This document shows positions 1-10,487 of a stretch of 64,000 nt of DNA, piece after piece (position 1 is the first letter of the stretch; each line of letters begins with the position of its first letter). The position numbers and the translations under genes were made by a program. The notes beneath the pieces are model-generated. The model had not been told where the DNA came from, made no database searches, and worked only from the letters and a program-made list of their open reading frames with translations. Origin of the DNA: an uncultured Ignavibacteriales bacterium. GTDB lineage: Bacteria > Zixibacteria > MSB-5A5 > GN15 > FEB-12. The stretch is taken from NCBI GenBank assembly GCA_964464605.1, contig CAYXJN010000008.1:62001-126000 (forward strand), read 5' to 3'.

Positions 1-305
1 ACCTGTTTCGTTACCTTCTTTTCATGTTCAACCGCGGCTTCGAAAATCTCAACTATATTTTTGTACACCAGTTTCGGTTCCGGAATCGCCTGCAGTTTTA
101 CTTCCGCTCCCTGATCAAGCAGGTAGCGGGAGATTTTCATGGCGTGCCCTTTTTCCTCTTCCGACTGCTTGTAAAACCAGGCGGCGAACACTTTCAGGTT
201 CCAGCTTTCCAGTACAAAGGCCATCTGCAAATAGGTCAGCGAGGCGAACATTTCATTTTTCACCTGCTCATTCAAACGGTTCGCAATTTTCTTTGAAATC
301 TGCAT
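1..305 (-). CDS. ftnA: Non-heme ferritin (partial, 3' end outside window)
   Basis: Not in the ORF track. Hand translation from ATG at 305: MQISKKIANRLNEQVKNEMFASLTYLQMA...FYKQSEEEKGHAMKI...EHEKKVT, with ferroxidase-type E/EExxH/E residues. GGAG RBS upstream. Confidence 0.9.
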   Translation of the reverse strand, partial: MQISKKIANRLNEQVKNEMFASLTYLQMAFVLESWNLKVFAAWFYKQSEEEKGHAMKISRYLLDQGAEVKLQAIPEPKLVYKNIVEIFEAAVEHEKKVTKQ

Positions 306-411
306 ATCAGATACTCCTTAAGTTAGCGTTTCAGTATGCCGTATCATATCGGCGCTCGGTACCCCTAATGTATACCATGACAAAACATCGGCGAAATGAA
401 ATTTGTTCAGG

Positions 412-428
412 ATGAAAGTGAGTTTCAA
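412..428. promoter_or_regulatory. Fur-box-like inverted repeat
   Basis: ATGAAAGTGAGTTTCAA (TGAAA-N5-TTTCA), about 105 bp upstream of the ferritin start. Confidence 0.5.
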
Positions 429-458
429 TTGTTCAAACCGGAATGGAATCGTAGGGAT

Positions 459-1370
459 TTACAGTTTCGCCCAACCGGTACGGCAATGGCCGAAGCGGAA
501 GAGTTCCGGGTGAAGGATTTCCGCGAAAATTTCAAGCGTTTCCACAAGCCGAGGGCCGGGGCGGTTGAAGTACTGGTTGCCGTCGGCTACATAAACGGCA
601 CTGTTTTTGACCGCTTTGAGATTTGGCCAGTCGGGATGGGACATAAGCGGCCTCATTTCCTGGCGGTTTTTTTCGATCTCCCATCCGCAAGCAGCGACGA
701 TAATAACATCCGGATCGGTCGAGCGTAAATCATCAAAGGTCAGCATTGGCGAATGTTTCCCCGTTTCTCCGAAAACAGAAATACCACCCGCCGTTTCTAT
801 CAGTTCCGGTATCCAGTTTCCTGCACCCATTAAAGGATCGATCCATTCTATTTTCGCCACTCTCGGTTTATTCGCGGCCAGTTTTGCCTGTGCGCCGATG
901 GCGCAAATACGGGAGCGGAGTTGAACAATTAGCTCTTCACCTGCCTGAGGTGCGTTTATTTTTTTCGCGACTTGGCGTATATCCGGCCACAAATCAGAAA
1001 GGCGGTTAGTGTTTAATGAAACGATAGTCGGCTTGGATGCGATAATCTGACAAGCTGCCGCTTCCAAATCCTGTGGGCTTACCGCGCAGACTTCGCATTG
1101 CGTTTGGGTGACTATAACATTAGGCCGTAATTTGTTGAGCTGATCGGCAAAAACGCGATAGACCGATAACCCTTCCTGAACAATCGCACGTACCCGCGCA
1201 TCGATTTCATAACTGGTGCCGTCAGTCGGAAACTTCGGCTCGGAACATTGGGGGAGAGATAAAACAGAAGTCGGGAAGTCGCATTCATGCGACCTCCCGA
1301 CCAGAAGATTTTCACATCCGAGCGCACAGACAATTTCCGTGCCGCTGGAGAGAAGCGAAACGACCCGCAC
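459..1370 (-). CDS. BtuF/TroA-like cobalamin or Fe-siderophore binding protein (no signal peptide)
   Basis: RVVSLLSSGTEIVCALG, VGRSHECDFP, FNRPGPRLVETLE motifs. Confidence 0.8.
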   Translation of the reverse strand: MRVVSLLSSGTEIVCALGCENLLVGRSHECDFPTSVLSLPQCSEPKFPTDGTSYEIDARVRAIVQEGLSVYRVFADQLNKLRPNVIVTQTQCEVCAVSPQDLEAAACQIIASKPTIVSLNTNRLSDLWPDIRQVAKKINAPQAGEELIVQLRSRICAIGAQAKLAANKPRVAKIEWIDPLMGAGNWIPELIETAGGISVFGETGKHSPMLTFDDLRSTDPDVIIVAACGWEIEKNRQEMRPLMSHPDWPNLKAVKNSAVYVADGNQYFNRPGPRLVETLEIFAEILHPELFRFGHCRTGWAKL

Positions 1371-1374
1371 GGTA

Positions 1375-3252
1375 TTATCCCTGTTTGAGCAGCCGTTCCA
1401 TTTCGGCGACTAATTCTGCGAACAATGAGATCGTCCGGTTGATCGGTTCCGGAGTGGTCATGTCAACACCGGCATCTTTCAGAATATCAACCGGATACTT
1501 CGATGATCCGGTGGAGATAAACTTGTAGTATGTCGGCAGGAACTTGTCTCCCTTTTCCATGATCTGCTGCGACAACATCTGGGCCGCCGCATAGCAGGTA
1601 GCATACTGGAAGACATAATACTGGCGGTAGAAGTGCGGGATACGCATACCAGTCACATCGGCCGGTTCGATAAGAACCAAGTCTTTGCCCCAGTATTTTT
1701 CATAAATATCGCGATAGGTTTTGCGCAGGAAGTCAGCAGAGATAGCATCCCCTTTTTCGATCCGGTCATGAATCGCCAGTTCGAATTCGGAGAACATTAC
1801 CTGCGTGTAGAACGTGCCGATAATCTGTTCGATATAGAAATTCAACAGCGCCATTTTCTCGCGTTTGTCTTTGGTGTTCTTAAGCAGGTACTTCATGAGT
1901 ACCGCTTCGTTACAGGTGGATGCCACCTCGGCGACAAACAATGAGTGATCCGAATAGACATACGGTTCACTGCGATTGGTGTAATGGGAATGCATTGCAT
2001 GTCCCATTTCGTGGGCAAGGGTGAAAACGGCATCGAGCGTACCGTTATAGTTCAACAGCACGAACGGATGGGTGGCATAGGTTCCCCACTGATACGCGCC
2101 GGAGCCTTTCCCTTCGTTTTCGTACACATCGATCCAGCGATTTTCAAGTCCCTGTCCGAAGGCAGCAAGATATTCTTTACCCATCGGCTTCAAACCGGCG
2201 AGTACCATTTTTTTGGCATCTTCATAAGCGTATTCCTTTTTCTGGTCAGGTAAAAGCGGTACGCTCATGTCGTAGTTATAGAGGGTGTCATACTTGAGCA
2301 TCTGTTTGCGTAACGCAGCCCATTTGTGGAGCGGTTCCAGATTGGCGTTAACGGCATCGATCAGGTTGTGGAACACGCTTGACGGGATATTGTCACCATC
2401 GAGTGACATCTCTAAACAGGTTTTGTATCCGCGTGCCTGTGCGTAAAACCAGTCCTGTTTGACCGATGCACCCAGAGTTGCGGCGATGGAGTTTGCGTGA
2501 TCGACATATCCCTGCGTGAACGCATAGTTGGCATCCTTGCGCAAACGGCGATCAGTCGATTCCAAAAGCGCATAGTAGCGTTCTTTGGTCATCTGAATCG
2601 TGTCGCCGTTTTCATCGACGACTTTTCCGTACACCATATCGGCGTTGTCGATCATCGAAAAAATCTCACTTGGAGCGGAAGTTACCGGTCCGGCCAAAGC
2701 TAATAAGCGTTCCTGTTCGGCAGGAAGTACATGCGCTTTGCGGCGGAGGACATCTTCGAGTTCAAATGCATAGAGTGATAAACCGGTATTACCGGAGATA
2801 AAGCCGCGGAGTTTTGCGTCATCCATCGCCAGAATTTCCGGTTCGATGAATGAGGTTGCTTCGCTGAATTGCGAATTTAAACCTGAAATACGGCCGGCGC
2901 GTTCCTGATTTTCGCTGATACGGTTATCTTCATCGAGCAGCAGGTTCGCATAGACAAAAAGATTATTGCTTATCAGGCCAATGCTGTCGCGCAGTTTCAT
3001 ACAGGCCAGAAGCGTTTCGGCTGATTCACCGAGTTTCCCTTTGTATTGTTCGAAGCCGCCGATCCCATTTTTGAGGCGGTTAAAATCAGCTTCCCAGGCA
3101 TCATTGGAGGCGTAAATATCCGCCAAATTCCATTTGTACTTGGTTTCAACTTCTGAGCGCTGGCGGAGTTTCGTTTCCGCCTGCGCTGTGACAGCGGCAA
3201 TCATCGCGATTGCGACTATCAGGCTTGCGAGTTTTCGCATGACGAGGATCAT
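1375..3252 (-). CDS. pepF: Oligoendopeptidase F (M3B) with N-terminal signal peptide
   Basis: KWNLADIY, GKGSGAY, TLAHEMGHAMHS (HExxH), FVAEVAST, IPHFY. Confidence 0.92.
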   Translation of the reverse strand: MILVMRKLASLIVAIAMIAAVTAQAETKLRQRSEVETKYKWNLADIYASNDAWEADFNRLKNGIGGFEQYKGKLGESAETLLACMKLRDSIGLISNNLFVYANLLLDEDNRISENQERAGRISGLNSQFSEATSFIEPEILAMDDAKLRGFISGNTGLSLYAFELEDVLRRKAHVLPAEQERLLALAGPVTSAPSEIFSMIDNADMVYGKVVDENGDTIQMTKERYYALLESTDRRLRKDANYAFTQGYVDHANSIAATLGASVKQDWFYAQARGYKTCLEMSLDGDNIPSSVFHNLIDAVNANLEPLHKWAALRKQMLKYDTLYNYDMSVPLLPDQKKEYAYEDAKKMVLAGLKPMGKEYLAAFGQGLENRWIDVYENEGKGSGAYQWGTYATHPFVLLNYNGTLDAVFTLAHEMGHAMHSHYTNRSEPYVYSDHSLFVAEVASTCNEAVLMKYLLKNTKDKREKMALLNFYIEQIIGTFYTQVMFSEFELAIHDRIEKGDAISADFLRKTYRDIYEKYWGKDLVLIEPADVTGMRIPHFYRQYYVFQYATCYAAAQMLSQQIMEKGDKFLPTYYKFISTGSSKYPVDILKDAGVDMTTPEPINRTISLFAELVAEMERLLKQG

Positions 3253-3367
3253 TGTTTCTCCCGGATAGGTATAAATTGTTTTCCCGTTAACCCCTGCTTG
3301 TGTTCCGTGCAGGGACGGCGTAATATAGGCAAACGATTAACAATAGGCACCTGTTTAACGAGCGTAT

Positions 3368-3775
3368 ATGCCAGCTTTTACGTACACGACCACCATTCGG
3401 TTACATCTGACAGATGCCGCCGGGATTCTGTTTTTCGGGAATTATTTTACCCTGGCGCATGATGCCTATGAGGCATTCGTGACCGCCAGCGGCTTCAGTT
3501 TTCGGCAAATTTTGGACAGTGAGCCGTTTATGGTGCCGATTGTCCATGCCGAAGGGGACTACAAACAGCCGTTACGGGTGAGTGATACCGTTACTATCAG
3601 TGTGGGGCTGGATAAGTTAGGCGAGTCATCGTACACATTGTACTACCATATACTCAATGACCGGGGGGAACTGATGGCAGCGTTGAAAACAGTACATGTG
3701 GTCGTCGACAAAAGGACATTTGCCAAAATGCCGCTCTTGCCGCATTTGCGCAAAGCGCTCGAGAAACTCGCCTAA
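3368..3775 (+). CDS. Hotdog thioesterase, probable DHNA-CoA hydrolase (cyanobacterial type)
   Basis: TDAAGILFF..HDAYE 4HBT-type motif. Abuts the 3' end of menE. Confidence 0.75.
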   Translation: MPAFTYTTTIRLHLTDAAGILFFGNYFTLAHDAYEAFVTASGFSFRQILDSEPFMVPIVHAEGDYKQPLRVSDTVTISVGLDKLGESSYTLYYHILNDRGELMAALKTVHVVVDKRTFAKMPLLPHLRKALEKLA

Positions 3776-5097
3776 GCTTTTTGCTTCACCAGATCTCCGG
3801 CTATCTCTTTGAACTGCTTCCGGTTTAATTTCATCTGGTCGACAGGAATTTCTTTCGGCCAGTCAAAAAACCGGGTGGGGAATTTGAATTTGGGCAACGA
3901 TGTTTCGTCTAATTTTTTCCTGATACTTACTTCATTGAACGGCGGTACGCCCTCGCATAGGACGAAAGCCACCGGTCGTGATCCGAATTCCGGGTCGGTA
4001 ATCGGAACGACAATCGCTTCTCTGACTCCTTCGATATTCAAAAGGGCAGACTCGATTTCTTCCGGATGAATATTCTCACCACCGGAGATAAACATATTGT
4101 CTTTTCGTCCGGTGACATGGAGCGAGCCGTGCTCATCCATGTAACCAATATCTCCAGTAGCAAACCATCCTTCAGTGTCAACAGGAAGCCGCAGGCTGTT
4201 GTCATCGATATATCCCTGAAAGCGTGTTTCTCCTTTGACCAGTATTTCGCCGGTGTTAGCGATACGAAGCTGGCGATAGTTAAGCGGTGAACCGCATCCG
4301 ACACTATCCTTCACTTTCGTTATTCGCTTTGTGCAAATCTGCGATCCCATTTCGGTAAGGCCGTAACTGGCGTAAAGAATCAACCCGGCATCGATTGCCC
4401 GCTCGGCTAATTGCGGTGATAACGGCGCTCCGCCTAATAATGCTGTAGTCGCAGACGTTGTCTGTTTTAATTTTTGGTGCTGTTCCAGTAGACGATACAA
4501 TTGGGTGGGGACTAAAGAAAGATGGGTCGGTTGAAACTGATTGATCGCATCTGAAAGGTTCATGTCGACAGCTGGAACCGCTATCGTTCCGCCGTTTAGA
4601 AGTGCACGAAACAGGATGCCTAATCCACCGACATGGTAGAGCGGCAAGGATAGCAGCCATCGGTCGCCGGGTTGGAAGGGAAGCCGTTCATTGGAGCCGA
4701 GAGCGTTGTAATACAAATTCTCGCATGATAACAACGCCGCTTTTGGTACCTGCGTGGTGCCGGAGGTAAATATAACAACACCGCTCGGTGCGCCTTGCGG
4801 AGGTTTCGTTGTTTCGATTAATGAGGATACCAGTTCATTTGGAAAACGATGGCTGAAGAGAGTAACGGTTGCACCTAATTGCCAAAGCGCGAGCAGGGTA
4901 ATGATGTATTCAACGGAGTTTGATTCATTTAAGGCAAAGTGGCTATCCGGACCGACCTGTTGACTACTAAAATGTTCAGCCGCGCCGTCGACTTGTTCCG
5001 CCAACGCTAACCAGGTGAGTTCGATGTCGGCGCTCACAATGGCAATAGCATTCGGTTGTGTAGTTGCCTGTCTCGAAATCAAATCGGATATGGTCAT
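3772..5097 (-). CDS. menE: o-succinylbenzoate-CoA ligase
   Basis: FTSGTT..PK, SLPLYHVGG, YGLTEMGSQ, GRKDNMFISGGENIHPEEIE. Confidence 0.92.
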   Translation of the reverse strand: MTISDLISRQATTQPNAIAIVSADIELTWLALAEQVDGAAEHFSSQQVGPDSHFALNESNSVEYIITLLALWQLGATVTLFSHRFPNELVSSLIETTKPPQGAPSGVVIFTSGTTQVPKAALLSCENLYYNALGSNERLPFQPGDRWLLSLPLYHVGGLGILFRALLNGGTIAVPAVDMNLSDAINQFQPTHLSLVPTQLYRLLEQHQKLKQTTSATTALLGGAPLSPQLAERAIDAGLILYASYGLTEMGSQICTKRITKVKDSVGCGSPLNYRQLRIANTGEILVKGETRFQGYIDDNSLRLPVDTEGWFATGDIGYMDEHGSLHVTGRKDNMFISGGENIHPEEIESALLNIEGVREAIVVPITDPEFGSRPVAFVLCEGVPPFNEVSIRKKLDETSLPKFKFPTRFFDWPKEIPVDQMKLNRKQFKEIAGDLVKQKA

Positions 5098-6197
5098 ACG
5101 ATTTTCTCAAGCAGTGACCAGTTGATTCGGTCGTTAGCAATTTGGCAATCAGAAAGCAAAATAGTGCCGTTTGTAATTGCTATGCGCTGCTGTAATAGAT
5201 CATCTGCTAACCATAAATAGGATTCCAGGCCAGCAGGTGTGCTGCCAATACTTGCGGCTAAGGTGGCTGACATCGCCAGTCCGATACCACTTTCAAACGG
5301 TGAACTGATAACCGGTGTCATACCGAGTGATTGTGCACGACGGGCGAACCGCGTCGTAGTTTCCACACCGAAGGCTGACGGCTTGAGAATGATTGCTGTG
5401 ACGACGTCACTTTGTTCGAGTTGCTCCGGCTGCATGTTCATTAATGATTCATCAAACGCAATTCGGGCAAAGGGGACTTGCTTGTATAATTTTGTCAGTT
5501 CATTGCTATTCTGCAATGGCTCTTCGATATATTCGATATCACAATCCTCAATTCCGTGCAGAAACTGAGCAGCATCAGTCAACGACCAGCTTTGGTTGGC
5601 GTCTAGTCGAAGTTTGTGTTTCCCTATTTGCTTTTTAACGGAACGAACGATTTGAATGTCCTCTCCCAAGGGTCGCTTTCCGACTTTCAATTTAAAGGCA
5701 CAGTATCCGGAAGCGAGAGCTGTCTCTATCTTTTTAGATATCTCATCATTTGAGCCGGCTATCAAAGCATTGACCGAAACTGTTTCAGTGGGAAAATCGG
5801 AAATGAGTTTCGCTATAGATTGCTTTTGTGCATTTCCTAATAGATGCAGTGTCGCTGCCTCAAACCCGTAACGAACTGAGGGAGCAATGCTGTTTCGACT
5901 GAGTTGCGCGAACCAATTTTCAAATCCGCCGGAGAGTTCTTCTAAATAATCCGGAATCGCGAATCCTTTGGCTGCCCACAGGAGTTTTTTGATTTGTTCC
6001 TCGCATGCTTCAATTGTTTCAGTATGCCAGCCGGGAAGGGGCATGATTTCCCCGAAGCCATAGTGGCCGGTTTCATTCTCGATTTTCAAAAGGAATCCAG
6101 TGCGTGTGTCGATGCTGATTTTCCCTGCCTGAAATGATTGTTTGAGCGGCAGGCTGAAGCGGAACAATTTGTAATTGCTGATTTTCACCAGAGCCAT
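5094..6197 (-). CDS. menC: o-succinylbenzoate synthase (GTG at 6188 is an alternative start)
   Basis: KLKVG, LRLDANQSW, IEYIEEP, DES, ILKP enolase-superfamily motifs; operon context. Confidence 0.9.
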   Translation of the reverse strand: MALVKISNYKLFRFSLPLKQSFQAGKISIDTRTGFLLKIENETGHYGFGEIMPLPGWHTETIEACEEQIKKLLWAAKGFAIPDYLEELSGGFENWFAQLSRNSIAPSVRYGFEAATLHLLGNAQKQSIAKLISDFPTETVSVNALIAGSNDEISKKIETALASGYCAFKLKVGKRPLGEDIQIVRSVKKQIGKHKLRLDANQSWSLTDAAQFLHGIEDCDIEYIEEPLQNSNELTKLYKQVPFARIAFDESLMNMQPEQLEQSDVVTAIILKPSAFGVETTTRFARRAQSLGMTPVISSPFESGIGLAMSATLAASIGSTPAGLESYLWLADDLLQQRIAITNGTILLSDCQIANDRINWSLLEKIV

Positions 6198-7072
6198 CCG
6201 ATAGCAAACAAAAGCGTGTAGATAAGCAGTAATTTCGCGCTGCCGCCGAGTGCAGCATTTAATGTGGTGCCGTCAGAAGCATGCAGTACCCGTTTTATCA
6301 TCGGCCGGGCAGGAATCAAAAGCAGCGGAGTGAGCACATGCCAAAGCGGGCGGTTCGTTATCGCATGCAACCAGTAGGGAATGATTATCGCGAGCAAAAC
6401 ACAACTTACGTACTCAAACCGAGCGAAGCTCGCTCCGAAGCGGACAGCGAGGGTGCGCTTGTTGGCGGCTTTGTCGGTGACGACATCCCGTAAGTTATTT
6501 ACGACCAACACCGCACTGGAAAGTAAACCGGGAGGAATTCCGGCGAGGATAACGGCGCTGTTTATCGTCAATGCCTGCACCCAATAGGTTCCAGCGACAG
6601 CAATAATGCCGAAGAAAAACAGAACGAACAATTCGCCGAGCCCTAAATATCCAATAGGGAATGGCCCGCCGGTATACAACACGCCGAACAAAATTGAAAA
6701 CAAACCGATCGTGACAATCGGCCATCCGCCGCGATAGACTATATAGATGCCGATACAAAAGGCGATTGTGAACATGATTGTAGTGGCCTTTAGCATCGCT
6801 TTCGGCTTGACCAATCCGGCTTGCGTGGCGCGGGTTGGGCCGATGCGATGATGTGTGTCGGCTCCTTTTTTGAAATCGTAATAATCGTTGGCGAAATTGG
6901 TTCCGATTTGAATGAAAATAGAACCTAATAAGGCGGCGAAGGCCGAAAGAAAATGAAATTGATTATCAGCATAGGCCAGTACGCTTCCGATCAGCACCGG
7001 CGCAATTCCCGCCCATAATGTTTTCGGGCGAGCGGCCAAAAGCCATATCGATAATGTTGATTGGGAAGTCAT
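6185..7072 (-). CDS. menA: 1,4-dihydroxy-2-naphthoate polyprenyltransferase
   Basis: WLLAARPKTL, NFANDYYDFKKGAD, NNLRD..TD...KRTLAVR. Confidence 0.95.
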   Translation of the reverse strand: MTSQSTLSIWLLAARPKTLWAGIAPVLIGSVLAYADNQFHFLSAFAALLGSIFIQIGTNFANDYYDFKKGADTHHRIGPTRATQAGLVKPKAMLKATTIMFTIAFCIGIYIVYRGGWPIVTIGLFSILFGVLYTGGPFPIGYLGLGELFVLFFFGIIAVAGTYWVQALTINSAVILAGIPPGLLSSAVLVVNNLRDVVTDKAANKRTLAVRFGASFARFEYVSCVLLAIIIPYWLHAITNRPLWHVLTPLLLIPARPMIKRVLHASDGTTLNAALGGSAKLLLIYTLLFAIGWLW

Positions 7073-7106
7073 AAAAAATTAGCTGTGGCCTGGCCACCGG
7101 CGCCAC

Positions 7107-7925
7107 TCAGGGGCGGCGGGGGAATTTGTTGAAGTTCGGTTTACGTTTTTCGACAAACGCATTGCGCCCTTCTTGTCCCTCTTCACTCATATAATAGAGC
7201 ATCGTGGCATTACCGGCTAGTTCCTGCAATCCGGCCTGGCCGTCGCAGTCGGCGTTGAGTGCCGCTTTCAAACAACGGATAGCGATAGGTGAATTCTCCA
7301 AAATTTCTTTGCACCACTGCACGGTTTCCTCTTCAAGCTTTGCATACGGCACGACAGTGTTGACCAACCCCATATCAAGCGCCTGCTGTGCGTTGTACTG
7401 ACGGCACAAAAACCAGATTTCACGGGCTTTCTTTTGTCCGACTATCCGCGCCATATAACTCGCGCCGTAGCCGCCATCAAATGAACCGACCCGGGGTCCG
7501 GTTTGACCGAAGATTGCGTTGTCGGCAGCGATTGTCAGATCGCACATCATATGCAGAACATGTCCGCCGCCGATAGCGTAACCGGCGACCATCGCAACGA
7601 TCGGTTTTGGGCAAGTGCGCATCTGACGCTGGAAATCGAGCACGTTCAAGTGATTGACGCCTTTATCATCTTTATATCCGGCCTCACCCCGTATTTTTTG
7701 ATCACCACCGGAACAAAACGCCTTTTCTCCCTGCCCGCATAAAATTACGACACCGATTGATTCATCGTAACGGGCATCGTTGAGCGCATCCGCCATTTCC
7801 TGAACGGTTCCGGGGCGGAAGGCGTTGCGCACTTCGGGGCGGTTAATCGTAATCTTCGCGATTCCTTCCGCTTTATGATACAAAATATCAGTGTATGTTT
7901 TTGCTTCGCGCCATGCTATCGACAT
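7107..7925 (-). CDS. menB: 1,4-dihydroxy-2-naphthoyl-CoA synthase
   Basis: [41 protein letters not shown]. Confidence 0.97.
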   Translation of the reverse strand: MSIAWREAKTYTDILYHKAEGIAKITINRPEVRNAFRPGTVQEMADALNDARYDESIGVVILCGQGEKAFCSGGDQKIRGEAGYKDDKGVNHLNVLDFQRQMRTCPKPIVAMVAGYAIGGGHVLHMMCDLTIAADNAIFGQTGPRVGSFDGGYGASYMARIVGQKKAREIWFLCRQYNAQQALDMGLVNTVVPYAKLEEETVQWCKEILENSPIAIRCLKAALNADCDGQAGLQELAGNATMLYYMSEEGQEGRNAFVEKRKPNFNKFPRRP

Positions 7926-7926
7926 A

Positions 7927-8727
7927 TCAGATTCCTTTTTCTATTTCGAGTATAAATGCACGGATGCTATCGGCAACAGCGATTGGCTGTTCGAGATGCA
8001 ATGCGTGCCCGGCTTGTGTAATACTGTTGTGCCGGAAATTGTTGTTCTTCGCTTTCATCTGTTTTGCAATCTGTATGAATTTAGAATCCGATTCACCAGT
8101 TAGCAAGAGTGCTGGCACAGAAAGCGCGGGGAGTTGTTCCCACAGCGAAGGCTGTCTGCCTACGCTCATGCCGCGCAAAGCTTTTGCCCATTCTTTCGGG
8201 TTGTGCTGTTTGCGGCGGGTGATAGTCGTTTCCAAGAGTACATTATTTTTCGCAAGTGAGGCAAAGAGCGGCTGATTGTACCAGTCATGCAGAAAAGCCT
8301 CGGTGTTGCCTATCTCCAAACGCTGCGCAACAGCTTCATCCTGCTGTATTCGTTCGGTGCGCTCGGTTTCTGTTATTAGACCGGGTGAAGCCGAAAGCAG
8401 GGTTAGTGACTTTGCTATCTCTGGATAGATTGCAGCAATGTACAGTGCGAGTCGTCCCCCCATTGAGTATCCGATCAGGTGACAAGGCTTTACAGTAAGA
8501 AAGGAATCGACAAGCAAACGCGCCGTTTGCTCGAATTCATATGCGTCATTATGTAGGCCTACACTTGCGCCATGACCGGGCAAATCAACAGTGATGCAAT
8601 AAAAACAATCCTTCAGACTATCTGCTACCGCTTGCCAATCTTCATGGGAGCCGAGAAAACCGTGAAGAAAAAGGAGCGCCGATTTGGTGTGGGCGCCGGT
8701 GTGATGCAATGTAAGTGCGGTTGGCAT
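7927..8727 (-). CDS. menH: SHCHC synthase (alpha/beta hydrolase)
   Basis: [32 protein letters not shown]. Confidence 0.9.
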   Translation of the reverse strand: MPTALTLHHTGAHTKSALLFLHGFLGSHEDWQAVADSLKDCFYCITVDLPGHGASVGLHNDAYEFEQTARLLVDSFLTVKPCHLIGYSMGGRLALYIAAIYPEIAKSLTLLSASPGLITETERTERIQQDEAVAQRLEIGNTEAFLHDWYNQPLFASLAKNNVLLETTITRRKQHNPKEWAKALRGMSVGRQPSLWEQLPALSVPALLLTGESDSKFIQIAKQMKAKNNNFRHNSITQAGHALHLEQPIAVADSIRAFILEIEKGI

Positions 8728-8735
8728 TATTGATT

Positions 8736-10487
8736 TTAAAAAAAACTAAGCAAAGAGATCTGCAGAAGTTTATGGAACCGAACATTTCCTTCCCGATCCG
8801 TGTGAACTTCAATAATTGTTGATCGGTCGGATTCTATTGCCCGGTCGTACGCGGCCGCGAGTGAGTCGACAGTCTTTGCTCTGTCATAGGCCAAGCCGAA
8901 CATTTGCGCGGCATGTTCAAAGGTCATCCCGTGCGGAGTGCCGAACCATTTTTCAAAGTGTGGAGTCGCATTGGCAATCGGCAGGAAATGAAAAATACCA
9001 CCGCCATTATTATTGAGGATAATAATCGTAATCGGGTGCTGAGACTGTTTTGCAAGGGCAAGCGAGTTGAGGTCATGCAGGGCAGCAAGATCGCCGATTA
9101 TCAGCGTCACCGGTTTATTGTGACCGCGCGCGAAACCGCAGGCGGAGGCAATGGTACCATCTATACCGCTCGCACCCCGGTTTGCGCCAACGGGAACCTG
9201 CGCGCCGGTTGTTGATGCGTACATGTCCATATCACGTATAGGCATCGAACTAGCCAGAAAAAGGGCGTGGTTTGCCGAAATTAACTTTGAAATCAACCAG
9301 GCAACGGCGGGCTCTGTCGCGTCTATCGTCGCATTGATGGTACTATTGATTTTCTTTACGTTCATATCATAAAACAATGACAACACGTTCTTTTGATTAG
9401 TATTCGCAGGGGACTGTTTCACGGCAAGCAATTGCCGGCAGGCTATAGCGATATCGCAGCCGATTCGTTCAGTCACTACATGCATCGGGTCTAAAATCAT
9501 CGGATGGTCTGCAAACTGCAAATACGTAGTTGGCCTTGTCCGTTGTAAAAATTGCAGTAAGCGTTTGGAAGTCGGTACACCGCCGAAATGAAAAACGGTG
9601 TCTGGTTGCCACATCTCAGTTTTCGGCGATTGCAGCAGCATATGGTCATAATACGCGATATTATTTGCTCTTTTGTTTCCCAGTCGCAATCCGGATTGAA
9701 TGTCGGCAAACATCGGCCAGCCGAGCTTATCGGCAAGCGCTTGAATAGCGGCAGCATCGCCTGGTTTGTCGAGTCTTCCGACAATAACCAACCCATTTAT
9801 CGTGTTCGTAATTGTTTCAACAATTCCGGCAAAGGTCGTTTCTCCGATCGAAACGGATGGGCTATTGTGCGTACGAAATGGTTTGCGATGCGATTTCCAT
9901 TCGACTGCGATTGGTGACTCAGCGTATATATCCGTGGTATCAACCGGTTCCAGTGGTTCTGCGAACTGACAATTAATATGCACCGGTCCGGCGGGGGAGC
10001 GAAGGGAGCGATAGACAGCAGTATCGATTGTCGAAAGCAGATCGGCCACATCGACTGTTTCATTCGTGTCGGCCAAATCAGTTTCCCAGCGTGGATAGGA
10101 ACTGAAAATTCCGGGCTGCATGATCGTTTGATTCGCGCCGGTGTTGCGTAAATCGGCCGGACGGTCGGCAGTGAGCAAAATTAACGGGAGGCGATCATGT
10201 GATGCTTCCACCACTGCCGGTAAGTAGTTCGCAACCGCTGTTCCGGAAGTGCAAATCAAAACTGCTGGTTTGCCGCTTGCCCGGGTATATCCGAGTGCGC
10301 AAAAGGCGGCTCCGCGTTCATCGTAATGAATAATGCTGTTTGCATCTTTCTGTTCGGCTAAAGCACAAACAAGAGGGGAAGAACGTGAACCGGGGGAGAC
10401 GGCAAAAAAGCCGACGCCGCAGCGGAGTAATTCTTCAATAATCAACTGCGCGCGAAAACTGTTTCGTTCTGCGATTGAAAATGACAT
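8736..10487 (-). CDS. menD: SEPHCHC synthase
   Basis: SPGSRSSPL, DERGAAF, CTSGTAVAN, NRGASGIDG, GDLAALHDLN..NNNGGGIF. Confidence 0.96.
   Translation of the reverse strand: MSFSIAERNSFRAQLIIEELLRCGVGFFAVSPGSRSSPLVCALAEQKDANSIIHYDERGAAFCALGYTRASGKPAVLICTSGTAVANYLPAVVEASHDRLPLILLTADRPADLRNTGANQTIMQPGIFSSYPRWETDLADTNETVDVADLLSTIDTAVYRSLRSPAGPVHINCQFAEPLEPVDTTDIYAESPIAVEWKSHRKPFRTHNSPSVSIGETTFAGIVETITNTINGLVIVGRLDKPGDAAAIQALADKLGWPMFADIQSGLRLGNKRANNIAYYDHMLLQSPKTEMWQPDTVFHFGGVPTSKRLLQFLQRTRPTTYLQFADHPMILDPMHVVTERIGCDIAIACRQLLAVKQSPANTNQKNVLSLFYDMNVKKINSTINATIDATEPAVAWLISKLISANHALFLASSMPIRDMDMYASTTGAQVPVGANRGASGIDGTIASACGFARGHNKPVTLIIGDLAALHDLNSLALAKQSQHPITIIILNNNGGGIFHFLPIANATPHFEKWFGTPHGMTFEHAAQMFGLAYDRAKTVDSLAAAYDRAIESDRSTIIEVHTDREGNVRFHKLLQISLLSFF

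Noticed and set aside
24..296. + strand 90-aa ORF
   Set aside because: Antisense shadow of the ferritin gene.
305..459. Possible cobalamin riboswitch linked to the BtuF-like gene
   Set aside because: This gap is downstream of the gene; no B12-box-like motif is seen here or upstream of pepF.
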